A stretch of 64,000 nt of DNA, taken from Leptospira biflexa. Its GTDB lineage: Bacteria > Spirochaetota > Leptospiria > Turneriellales > DYLW01. Where the stretch lies: assembly GCA_020720785.1 (NCBI GenBank), contig DYOA01000012.1, positions 924 to 64,923 of the forward strand. The letters run 5' to 3'. The notes beneath the pieces are model-generated. The model was given only the letters and a program-made list of their open reading frames with translations, searched no databases and had not been told where the DNA came from. The position numbers and the translations under genes were made by a program. Shown piece after piece: positions 35,143 to 44,291 of the stretch; position 1 is the stretch's first letter; every line of letters begins with the position of its first letter.

Positions 35143-37616
35143 TGGTAAAAGAGCTCTTTGAAAGGCTTTTCTTCGCACTGGGAAAAAAGGTCTACTCCCA
35201 TCCGCTGGCTTTTCTCTCGATAACCGTGCTTCTGACCATTGTTGCCATCCCCGGTCTTATGAAGCTGAAGCTGGATTCCAACATGGCGGCTCTTCTCCCC
35301 GACGAAAACCCGGTGGTAAAAAATCTGGAATATGTATCCGATGTATATGGAGGGCTGGGCAATCTGGTTCTTGTTGTGCGCGGAAAAGATCCGGAGAAAA
35401 TTATTTCTTTCCTGGAGAAAACATCAGAAAGAATGAAAAACCATAAGGAAGTAAGCTATGTTGAGTTCAAAAAGCCCACCTCCTTTTTTGAAAACCATTT
35501 TCTTCTGTTCATGGAAACAGATGACCTGCAAAAAATATTTTACCGAATCCATCATAAGTTCGAATATGAGAGAAAGAAAAACAATCCCCTGCTTCTGGAT
35601 ATGATGGAAGAAAATGATCCTGGACTTTATTTCCAGGATATTATTAAAAAATATGAAAATAAATATGCTAACGGGAGATCCTTGATACAGAAGAAAAAAG
35701 ATGATCAATTTTTTAATTATTATTACAAAAAAGAAGGGGAAACATATACCTTTGCTGCATTTATCAAGCCAGCAAACTCAGCGTTGAGCGTTAAATATTC
35801 CCGATTTTTTCTCAATGAAATGGAAAATATCAGCCAGAGTTGCCGAAAGAACCTGCTCACCAATGAAATGGTGGAGTTTACCGGAAGATATAAAAAAAGT
35901 CCGGACGATTTTGCTTTATTGGGGAAAGATTTCACCCGGGTAACTATTGTATCACTGGGGGGGATCCTTGCCATTTTACTATTCTATTTCCGGCGAATAC
36001 GATCTTTGGTTCTCCTTATAATTCCTTTGCTGATGGGCATTGTCTGGACTCTGGGTTTTGTGGGATATATTTTTGGAACCTTAAATCTGATCACCACCTT
36101 TCTGTCCTCGATTCTGATGGGATTGGGTATCGATTATGGTATCCATCTGATTCTGCGGTATCGTGAGGAAAGGATCAAACATGAGCATAATAAAGAGCCT
36201 TTTCTGATTATGTTTTCCCAGACCGGGTCCGCGTCCTTTTCTTCAGCCACGACGACTGCTTTTGGTTTCCTGGCCATTTCTTTTACAGAGCTGAAGGCGT
36301 TCCGGGAATTCGGGATTATTGCTTCTGCCGGGATTATCTTAATATTAATTGCCATGATGTTTTTTATATCTTCTGCTCTGGTTATCTTTGAGCGGAAAAA
36401 TATCCAGCTAAGCTTCAACAAAAGAAGGTTACCGGAATTCCTGTGGAAATATCCCAGGGTGTTGCTGGGGGTTTTTGCTTTTTTTACTGTACTTCTGTTT
36501 TTTCCCTTACAAAATATCTGGTTTGATTATGATTTTTCCAAAATCCAGGGAAAACACCTGCGATCCCATAAAGTGGAAAAAGAGATTAATGCCATGGTGG
36601 GACGGACCCAGAATCCCACGGTGATCATTCCCGCCAGCATGGAAGAAGAAAAGATCATATTGAAAAAACTCAATGAATTGATAAAAAACAACAAAGACAA
36701 TAAAAAATTTCAAATACATCAGGCTGTGGGTATATCCACTTTTATTCCCGGAGATCAGGAGAAAAAAATATACTGGATTCGCGGGATACACAATCTGCTT
36801 TTGAAAAACGGTAAATATAAGAAAACATTGAGTCAGAAAAATGCCCGGATGTGGGATAAACTGTATCAAAATACATCCATATCCAGTATCAGCGAAGAAA
36901 ATCTTCCGCAATCCATTTCCAGAGCGTTTCGAGGGGTTGGTGACCAAAAAGAAAAGAAAGTAATTCTGGTTTTTCCCAAATCCACCATGGTATTAGGCCT
37001 GGATTGGATTGACTATGCAGATGCGATCCATTCCATAAAAGTGAAAGAAAAACCAATACTTGCCGCATCCGATGAAATGCTCTTTGCGGAAATCCTGAAA
37101 ATGATCCAAAGTGAGGGACCATTTATTCTGACAATAGCATTTCTGTCTGTAGTGGTGGTGGTTTTTTTGGGATTTATGAATATTCCGCAGGCATTACTTG
37201 TATTGAGTCCTCTGGTCGTTTCCTTTTACTGGCTTCTGGGATTCCTGGGATTCATTGATATGCCTGTGGATTTTTTTAATGTGATCATGTTTCCCATCAT
37301 TGTGGGGATTGGAATAGACAGTTCGATTCATATATACCATCGTTATAAGGAGGAAGGAGACGTGCTTAAAGCAGTTTCCAATACGGGGGTGGCTGTCATT
37401 CTGTCCACCTTTACATCCATGATGGGCTTTGGGGCATTAATGGCTGCCAGTAATGCGGCCATTTTCAGTATGGGTAGTGTTGCTCTTTGGGGTCTCTTCT
37501 TTTCTCTTGTGACCTCACTCCTGGGTCTGCCTGCACTGTTATTAATTGTTCACACAAAGAAAAAAACGGGAAAAAGACATGATAAAAGTGTTTTCAGCCA
37601 AAGCGATAGCCAATAA
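35142..37616 (+). CDS. MMPL-family (RND superfamily, HpnN-like) lipid transporter
   Basis: Two repeats of TM + periplasmic domain + 5 TM, with MGLGIDYGIH and GIGIDSSIH motifs. Confidence 0.9.
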   Translation: MVKELFERLFFALGKKVYSHPLAFLSITVLLTIVAIPGLMKLKLDSNMAALLPDENPVVKNLEYVSDVYGGLGNLVLVVRGKDPEKIISFLEKTSERMKNHKEVSYVEFKKPTSFFENHFLLFMETDDLQKIFYRIHHKFEYERKKNNPLLLDMMEENDPGLYFQDIIKKYENKYANGRSLIQKKKDDQFFNYYYKKEGETYTFAAFIKPANSALSVKYSRFFLNEMENISQSCRKNLLTNEMVEFTGRYKKSPDDFALLGKDFTRVTIVSLGGILAILLFYFRRIRSLVLLIIPLLMGIVWTLGFVGYIFGTLNLITTFLSSILMGLGIDYGIHLILRYREERIKHEHNKEPFLIMFSQTGSASFSSATTTAFGFLAISFTELKAFREFGIIASAGIILILIAMMFFISSALVIFERKNIQLSFNKRRLPEFLWKYPRVLLGVFAFFTVLLFFPLQNIWFDYDFSKIQGKHLRSHKVEKEINAMVGRTQNPTVIIPASMEEEKIILKKLNELIKNNKDNKKFQIHQAVGISTFIPGDQEKKIYWIRGIHNLLLKNGKYKKTLSQKNARMWDKLYQNTSISSISEENLPQSISRAFRGVGDQKEKKVILVFPKSTMVLGLDWIDYADAIHSIKVKEKPILAASDEMLFAEILKMIQSEGPFILTIAFLSVVVVVFLGFMNIPQALLVLSPLVVSFYWLLGFLGFIDMPVDFFNVIMFPIIVGIGIDSSIHIYHRYKEEGDVLKAVSNTGVAVILSTFTSMMGFGALMAASNAAIFSMGSVALWGLFFSLVTSLLGLPALLLIVHTKKKTGKRHDKSVFSQSDSQ

Positions 37617-37633
37617 TTGACTACGGGGGAAAA

Positions 37634-40600
37634 ATGACGAGAATCATAGAATTTTTCATCAAACGTAGCCTGTTTGGAAATTTTATTACCGTGACCGTGC
37701 TGATTGGGGGAATGTGGATTGCCTTTGGCATGCAGAGGGAAGCCCTGCCCATCGTTGATTTTGATATTGTTCTCATCAATACGGCGTATCCGGGAGCATC
37801 CCCAAAAGAAGTGGAAAAAATAATCACCACCCCCATTGAGCGGGAATTGAAAAGCGTGGACCAGATCAAGGACATGATATCCACTTCCCTGTATGCCCGG
37901 AGCACCGTAGTGCTGAAACTGGAGCCGGATATTGAAGAAAAACTCAAGATCATCCAGGACATCAAAGATGCGGTGGATATTGCCAAAATTGATTTTCCGG
38001 AGGATGTCATTGACCCTGTGGTCGGTGAAATCACCACCAAAAAAACTCCTGTTATCCAGATTCTGCTGAGTAAAAAAAGCTACACCGGAGATGCGGACAA
38101 AGACCCGCGCCAAAGAGAGTTGCGGCAGTATGCGGACAGACTGAAAGACAGCCTGGAATTAATTCCGGAAGTTGCATCCATCGCCACCCGGGGTTACAGG
38201 GACAGGGAATTCCAGGTGGAGGTCTCTCCCGATAAGATGCTGGCATATAATATTTCCGTGGATGATATCATTTCCGCCCTTCAGTCAAGAAATCTGAATT
38301 TACCTGGTGGTACCATAATTGAGGGAGAAAAGGAATATTCCATCCGAACCGTGAAGGAATTTGAAAATTTCCAGGAGATGGAAAACTTATTTATCCGGGC
38401 AAATGACCTGGGTAATTTTATAAAATTAAAAGATATTGCTACTGTTACAGATACTTATGAAAAAGAGTCCATTATTGAAAAAAACAAGGGGAAGGATGCC
38501 ATTGTCCTGACTGTTTTGAAAAAAGAAAAAGCGGACGCTATCCGCCTTGTGGACAGTATTAATAAGAATATTGAGCAGTTTAAAACCAGCACTCCGTCGG
38601 ACATGGACATTGAAACAGCCAATGATTTATCATACTACATAAAAAGACGCCTGAATGTTCTCCAGGGCAATATTCTCTTGGGTATTGTGCTCATCATTAT
38701 TTCCCTGTATTTCTTTCTGGGTTGGCGGATTTCCCTGATGGTGGCCATTGGTTTACCATTTTCGTTTGCATTAAGTTTTTTCTTCCTGTCCTATTTTGAT
38801 ATTACTATCAATATGATTAGTATGTTTGGATTGATTGTGGTATCCGGTATGCTGGTGGATGATGCTATTGTTATAAGCGAAAATATATACCGGCATCTGG
38901 AACAGGGGGAGACTCCCAGGAATGCCGCTATTAAAGGAACCAAAGAAATGGTTTTACCGGTTTTTGGTTCCGTATCCACCACCATGGTGGCCTTTGCCCC
39001 GCTTTTGTTTATGGGTGGAATTTTTGGCAAATTTGTCTGGGCCATTCCGGCGGTGGTGATTATCTCCCTCCTCAGTTCCCTCTTCGAAAGCTTTTTTATC
39101 CTCCCCTCGCATATCGCTGACATCACGGCCAACGCGAAGAAAAAGCAACTTTTAAAAAATGAAAAATCACTGGAATTCCGTTTTTTTCGCTGGATGCAGG
39201 GGATATACAAGCCATCCCTTGAATGGGCATTGAAAAGAAGATATCTGATGATGTTTATTGTTTTCTTTTTGTTTTTTATATCCATTGTTCTTGTGGGAAG
39301 AACCGGGTTTATTCTGTTTCCCAAAGAAGGAGTGGAAATTCTGGCTATGAAGTTTGAAGGACCCAAAGGAATTTCCCTGGAAGAAATGGAATCCAGAATG
39401 CGTCCCGCCCAGGATTTGATTGGAAAAATGTCATCCAAAGAGCTGGAAAATTTCCAATCCCGTATTGGTATTCACCAGGAGAATGAGGCGGATCCCTTCA
39501 TGAAACGGGGGGAAAATTATGGCCAGATTGTATTGTACCTGACGCCGGAAGAAGACAGGGAAAGGGTGGTGGAGGAAATCATATCGTATTTCCAGGCCTA
39601 TATCAACCCCAATATGCAGGCTGCCAACATGGATGGTATTCCCGGAGCCGAATATGACCTCTATAAAATTTTAGCTCGGAATCATATCCAGATTTTGTCT
39701 CCGTTGCGTGGTACAGTGGAGACCATTTCCTTGAAAACGGATTATCTGATTGGTGGTGGATTCATTTCCAATAAAACCATGCTTCTCTATGATGCATCCA
39801 ATCACGCGTATCTGTATGATTTTCCACAAAAGCGAATTATCCAACAGAAAAAAATCAAAATCCAGAAATATGATTTTATGAAAAAGGTGATCCCCATCTC
39901 CGGTCATCAGTATTCATTTCTGATCACGGAGAAAAACAGGATCTATAAAATCCATAACCAGAATCTGGAAATGAATCTTCTGCATGTGATGGATAATGAA
40001 ATCACCCAGGCAGAGTATTTTGCGGAAAGAAAGTCTTTGTATCTGACCACTTCCAGAGGGGCATTCCATGTTTTCAGCGTCAGCGAGGACGGAGAGCTGG
40101 AGCAGAAGAAGATGTTGGAAAAAGGACCATCCAAAAAGCTGGTGGATGAGCGGGTGACTTTCGATTACAGCCCCACAAAATCCGCAATGCTTCCCCGCTT
40201 GGAGGGAGGTTTTTTTACCAAGGACAAGCAGAATTTTCTGCTGGCTGGATTCGATGGTGTGGTGTACCAGTATTCATGTAAAAAGGAATCCCTGGAGAAG
40301 GCCTTTTTTATCCAGTCTGTTCCGCTTTATTGGGCAATGGAAGATCCGCAAAACCAGGATTTTCTGTGGATTTCTGCCATGGACCACCTTTTTTATTACA
40401 ATAAGAATACACAGTCCATAGTCAAAGACTATCCTGTATGGGGTTATGTACAGAAAATGGTTAATCTGAACGGCAAAATGATATTCTATGGAACCAATAA
40501 CCTGAAGGTGGAGGCCGGGAGCGGAGGGTTTGCCCGGGTGATTCAGGCAGAAAAAAGGGTATTTGAAAAAATAGAATTTAAAAAAACCGGACAAGGTGGA

Positions 40601-41761
40601 CCTCCTGTGGGTTCTCCGGTACAGATCGAAGTTTCCGGAGAGGAATTTGATACCTTGATTGAAATTTCAGCAATGATCCAAAAAAACCTGAATACCCTGG
40701 AAGGTGTTTATGATGTCCGGGATAACTGGGAGGAAGGTAAAGAGGAGTTCCGCCTGGAAGTAAATGAGGAAAGGGCGGCTATGGCTGGCGTCTCTGTTTT
40801 TCAGATTGCATCCACCCTCCAGACGGCTTTTGAGGGTAGAATTGCCACAACAGTAAAAAAGACAAAAGAAGAAATTGACATCCGCGTCCTTTTTCCGGAA
40901 AACCTGAGAAAGCGTCTTTCCTCGCTGAATAAAGTGACCGTAAGAAATAAAATTGGCAATCTGGTTCCCATAACAGAGCTGGCCACTTTTAAAAAGTACC
41001 CCGGGGTCTCCATGATATCCCATGTGGATGGAAAGAGAACCTTTTATATTCAGGCCAATATTGACGAGCTGAAAACCAGTTCCCTCAAAGCAAATAACCA
41101 GATTATGTCCATCATCAAACCCATTATGCAGAAAAAATACCCGGATTACCAGATCAAAGCATCCGGGGAGCTTGCTGATACCCAGGAATCCATGGAAGAC
41201 TTGGGCTTTGCCGGAGCGGTGGCTGTGGGCGGAATCCTTGCCATATTAATCCTCCTCTTTGGAAACCTGCGGCATCCCCGGGTGATCATGATGGCCATTC
41301 CCCTTGGATTTATTGGCGTTTCCGTTGCTTTTTATCTGCATAAAATAACCTATTATCCCAATCTAGTGTTCAGTTTTCTGGCATCTATGGGGATTGTGGG
41401 TCTGGCCGGGGTGGTTGTGAACGATTCCATTGTTCTGGTGGATTTTATCAACCAGCTCCGGAAATCCGGGGTTCCCAAGAATGAGGCCATTATTACGTCC
41501 GGGATTTACCGTCTACGGGCAGTGATGCTGACCACCATCACGACCGTTTTTGGTCTAATCCCCACTGCGTATGGAATTGGAGGAAGCGATCCCATGCTCA
41601 AGCCCATGGCCCTGGCCATGGCATGGGGGTTAGCATTTGCTACATTGATTACGTTGATATTTATTCCGGTTTACTACGCTATCTGGGAAGACCGGGGATT
41701 TGTTTTCCATCACGAGATATCCAGATCTCTGAAAAAACTGGAGGACAAAGACGATGAATAA
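37634..41761 (+). CDS. AcrB-like RND permease with a ~320-aa insertion in the periplasmic porter domain
   Basis: YPGASPKEVE, NLPGG, GMLVDDAIVISEN, GGPPVG, VVNDSIVLVD and RLRAVMLTT motifs. 1375 aa versus about 1050 for typical members. Confidence 0.92.
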   Translation: MTRIIEFFIKRSLFGNFITVTVLIGGMWIAFGMQREALPIVDFDIVLINTAYPGASPKEVEKIITTPIERELKSVDQIKDMISTSLYARSTVVLKLEPDIEEKLKIIQDIKDAVDIAKIDFPEDVIDPVVGEITTKKTPVIQILLSKKSYTGDADKDPRQRELRQYADRLKDSLELIPEVASIATRGYRDREFQVEVSPDKMLAYNISVDDIISALQSRNLNLPGGTIIEGEKEYSIRTVKEFENFQEMENLFIRANDLGNFIKLKDIATVTDTYEKESIIEKNKGKDAIVLTVLKKEKADAIRLVDSINKNIEQFKTSTPSDMDIETANDLSYYIKRRLNVLQGNILLGIVLIIISLYFFLGWRISLMVAIGLPFSFALSFFFLSYFDITINMISMFGLIVVSGMLVDDAIVISENIYRHLEQGETPRNAAIKGTKEMVLPVFGSVSTTMVAFAPLLFMGGIFGKFVWAIPAVVIISLLSSLFESFFILPSHIADITANAKKKQLLKNEKSLEFRFFRWMQGIYKPSLEWALKRRYLMMFIVFFLFFISIVLVGRTGFILFPKEGVEILAMKFEGPKGISLEEMESRMRPAQDLIGKMSSKELENFQSRIGIHQENEADPFMKRGENYGQIVLYLTPEEDRERVVEEIISYFQAYINPNMQAANMDGIPGAEYDLYKILARNHIQILSPLRGTVETISLKTDYLIGGGFISNKTMLLYDASNHAYLYDFPQKRIIQQKKIKIQKYDFMKKVIPISGHQYSFLITEKNRIYKIHNQNLEMNLLHVMDNEITQAEYFAERKSLYLTTSRGAFHVFSVSEDGELEQKKMLEKGPSKKLVDERVTFDYSPTKSAMLPRLEGGFFTKDKQNFLLAGFDGVVYQYSCKKESLEKAFFIQSVPLYWAMEDPQNQDFLWISAMDHLFYYNKNTQSIVKDYPVWGYVQKMVNLNGKMIFYGTNNLKVEAGSGGFARVIQAEKRVFEKIEFKKTGQGGPPVGSPVQIEVSGEEFDTLIEISAMIQKNLNTLEGVYDVRDNWEEGKEEFRLEVNEERAAMAGVSVFQIASTLQTAFEGRIATTVKKTKEEIDIRVLFPENLRKRLSSLNKVTVRNKIGNLVPITELATFKKYPGVSMISHVDGKRTFYIQANIDELKTSSLKANNQIMSIIKPIMQKKYPDYQIKASGELADTQESMEDLGFAGAVAVGGILAILILLFGNLRHPRVIMMAIPLGFIGVSVAFYLHKITYYPNLVFSFLASMGIVGLAGVVVNDSIVLVDFINQLRKSGVPKNEAIITSGIYRLRAVMLTTITTVFGLIPTAYGIGGSDPMLKPMALAMAWGLAFATLITLIFIPVYYAIWEDRGFVFHHEISRSLKKLEDKDDE

Positions 41762-42521
41762 GAAAAAAGAGAAATTGATTCCGCCGGCTGTGAATTCCTC
41801 TCAGACAACAGAGCAATCCGGAGAGATTGACTTTGATGAGTTGGTGGCAAAAGGAGTGGACCTGGGGCGATTGCTGGATAAGGAACACCTGGCATCCTAT
41901 AATTACGATGAACTAAAGGAGATTGTCCAGTATGTGGATCCCATTGATAATCCAAAGATCTACCAGCTTGCCATCGAAACAATTCGGGAACGGGTTCCCC
42001 GCCGTATTCGCATCGCAACCATCGGCCATAGAATCTGGAGTTTTTATTATGAGCGGTATCTGGCCCGCATCTTTTATGTGGGATGGTTTCTGGTATCCTA
42101 CCTGATTTTGAAACCTTCCCTGCCCGGGGTTTGGATTCTGGGGAATAAGGAATATGACAAGTGGTTTATGGTATTCCTGGGAGGATTGTTCTTGCTCTTT
42201 AATCTGTGGCATGTCCTCATGGCATTTCTGGAAAGCAATAGAAATATATTTTTCCACAAAACAACATACTTCCGCCGGAATCTGGGGATTTATGTGGTGG
42301 ACAGGAATGGGAAGCGGATTGGAATAATCAAAAGCATACTCCGCAGTATTTTCAAAACCATATTAATAGGACCCATCATGATTCTTTCCATGGAATATGA
42401 TACAAAAGGACGCGGGATTCATGATAAACTTCTGGGAACTTATGTCCTGCGAATTACATCCAGGGACGATATTGATTCCATGAGCGGTGAGATTGCCGCG
42501 TTTATCTCGGAAAATTATTAA
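41754..42521 (+). CDS. RDD-family membrane protein
   Basis: 'RIATIGHRIWSF', two TMs, 'LGIYVVDRNGKRIG...ILR' and 'RGIHDKLLGTYV'. Overlaps the RND gene by 8 nt. Confidence 0.8.
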   Translation: MNKKKEKLIPPAVNSSQTTEQSGEIDFDELVAKGVDLGRLLDKEHLASYNYDELKEIVQYVDPIDNPKIYQLAIETIRERVPRRIRIATIGHRIWSFYYERYLARIFYVGWFLVSYLILKPSLPGVWILGNKEYDKWFMVFLGGLFLLFNLWHVLMAFLESNRNIFFHKTTYFRRNLGIYVVDRNGKRIGIIKSILRSIFKTILIGPIMILSMEYDTKGRGIHDKLLGTYVLRITSRDDIDSMSGEIAAFISENY

Positions 42522-42539
42522 TCTTATTAAGGACTTAAA

Positions 42540-43838
42540 ATGTTGGATAAAAAAATAGAAACCATTGAAATAGACGAATTACGACAAATGCAGTTGCAAC
42601 GGTTGCGTGCGACGGCAAGCCGGGCTTATGAAACAGTTCCCTTCTATAAGAAAAGCTTTGACCAGCATGGGGTGCATCCGGATATGTTGCACAGTCTGGA
42701 TGATCTTAGGAAATTTCCGTTCCTGCTAAAAAATGACATGCGGGAGGCGTATCCCTTTGGTCTATTCTCTGAGCCCATGGAAAACATTGTGCGTCTGCAT
42801 GCTTCATCCGGCACCACCGGTCATCCCACTGTGGTGGGATATACCAAAAACGATATTGATATTTGGGCGGAAGTCATGGCCAGAACCCTCAGTGCGGAAG
42901 GTGGCAATGAAAAAGATATTATTCAGGTGGCGTATGGTTATGGTCTTTTTACGGGAGGATTGGGTGCCCATTATGGGGCTGAACGTGCCGGAATGACCGT
43001 TGTTCCCACCAGCTCCGGAAATACAAAAAGGCAGTTAATGCTCATAAAAGATTTCAACGTGACTCTGCTGGCCTGTACCCCTTCCTATGCTTTGAATATG
43101 GTGGAGATCGCGGAGGAAATGGGGATCAACCTAAAAGAGCTGCCGCTGAGGGCGGGCTTTTTTGGTGCGGAACCCTGGTCGGATTCCATCCGGAAGGACA
43201 TTGAGGAAAGAATGGGCATTCTGGCTCTGGATATCTACGGCCTTTCCGAAATAATCGGGCCCGGTGTCAGTTTTGAATGTCCATCCAAAAACGGAATGCA
43301 CATCAATGAGGATCATTTTTATCCGGAAATTATTAACCCTGAGACCGGGGAAGTACTGCCGGACGGAGAGACCGGAGAACTGGTGCTTACCACCATTACC
43401 AAGGAAGCCTTTCCTGCATTCCGCTACCGCACCCGTGACATCACTCGCCTGAACAGGGAAAAATGCTCCTGTGGCAGAACTCTGGTTCGGATGGATAAAG
43501 TCACCGGCAGAACGGATGATATGCTCATCATACGGGGCGTTAATGTATTCCCCAGCCAGATTGAATCCGTGATTATGGAAATGGAAGAGGTGGAACCGCA
43601 CTACCAGATTTTAGTGGACAGAGACGGGGCTCTGGATATTCTGGAAGTCCAGGTGGAGGTGAGCCAGAAATTCTTTTCCGATGAAATCCGCAAACTGGAT
43701 GCCATTAAAGCAAAAATCGGCAAGGCAATTCTGGAGAATCTTTCCGTTTCCGCAAAAATCACCCTGGTGGAGCCCCGTACCATTGAAAGATCCATGGGGA
43801 AAGCCGTGCGGGTCATCGATAAAAGAACAAAAGCATAG
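42540..43838 (+). CDS. paaK: Phenylacetate-CoA ligase
   Basis: [32 protein letters not shown] and [20 protein letters not shown] motifs. Confidence 0.95.
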   Translation: MLDKKIETIEIDELRQMQLQRLRATASRAYETVPFYKKSFDQHGVHPDMLHSLDDLRKFPFLLKNDMREAYPFGLFSEPMENIVRLHASSGTTGHPTVVGYTKNDIDIWAEVMARTLSAEGGNEKDIIQVAYGYGLFTGGLGAHYGAERAGMTVVPTSSGNTKRQLMLIKDFNVTLLACTPSYALNMVEIAEEMGINLKELPLRAGFFGAEPWSDSIRKDIEERMGILALDIYGLSEIIGPGVSFECPSKNGMHINEDHFYPEIINPETGEVLPDGETGELVLTTITKEAFPAFRYRTRDITRLNREKCSCGRTLVRMDKVTGRTDDMLIIRGVNVFPSQIESVIMEMEEVEPHYQILVDRDGALDILEVQVEVSQKFFSDEIRKLDAIKAKIGKAILENLSVSAKITLVEPRTIERSMGKAVRVIDKRTKA

Positions 43839-43846
43839 AGGCCAAC

Positions 43847-44281
43847 ATGATAATAAAACAGGTTTCCATTTTTATTGAAAATAAGGCAGGCCGACTCTCC
43901 GAAGTCAGCCGTATACTGGGTGATGCCGGGGTGAATATCCGCACATTATCTCTGGCGGATTCCTCTGATTATGGGGTTTTGCGGCTTATTGTGGATGATC
44001 CTCAGAAAGCGGTGGATGTCCTGAACGCCAGGGGAATTACTTCCAGCATGACCGATATGATTGCCCTGGAAGTGATGGACCAGCCGGGCGGACTGGCGGA
44101 TATTCTGGACAGGATAGCCTCTCTGGGATTGAATGTGGCCTATATGTACGCCTTTGTGGAAAAAGTGGACGGTAAGGCCGTGGTGGTTTTCCGCTTTGAG
44201 GATATGGAGAAAGCCAGCCAAAAAATATCCCAGGACAGTAAACTGACTTTCCTGATTGGGGAAAAAATACAAATACCATAA
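43847..44281 (+). CDS. Double ACT-domain protein (paaK/ior-associated)
   Basis: QVSIFIENKAGRL...GVNIRTLSLAD...GVLRLIV and D.PGGLA..L...NV.YMYAF motifs. Confidence 0.92.
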   Translation: MIIKQVSIFIENKAGRLSEVSRILGDAGVNIRTLSLADSSDYGVLRLIVDDPQKAVDVLNARGITSSMTDMIALEVMDQPGGLADILDRIASLGLNVAYMYAFVEKVDGKAVVVFRFEDMEKASQKISQDSKLTFLIGEKIQIP

Positions 44282-44291
44282 CGGAGCATTC

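Noticed and set aside
20275-37616. Hopanoid pathway (MlaC/HpnM, MMPL/HpnN, GT, radical SAM)
   Set aside because: No squalene-hopene cyclase or hpnCDE here, the genes are scattered, and the radical SAM is not a B12-binding HpnJ/HpnP type. Kept only as an analogy.
39605-40560. RND insertion as an intein or mobile intron
   Set aside because: No N-terminal Cys/Ser splice motif, no terminal His-Asn, no endonuclease or RT motifs, and the frame is continuous.
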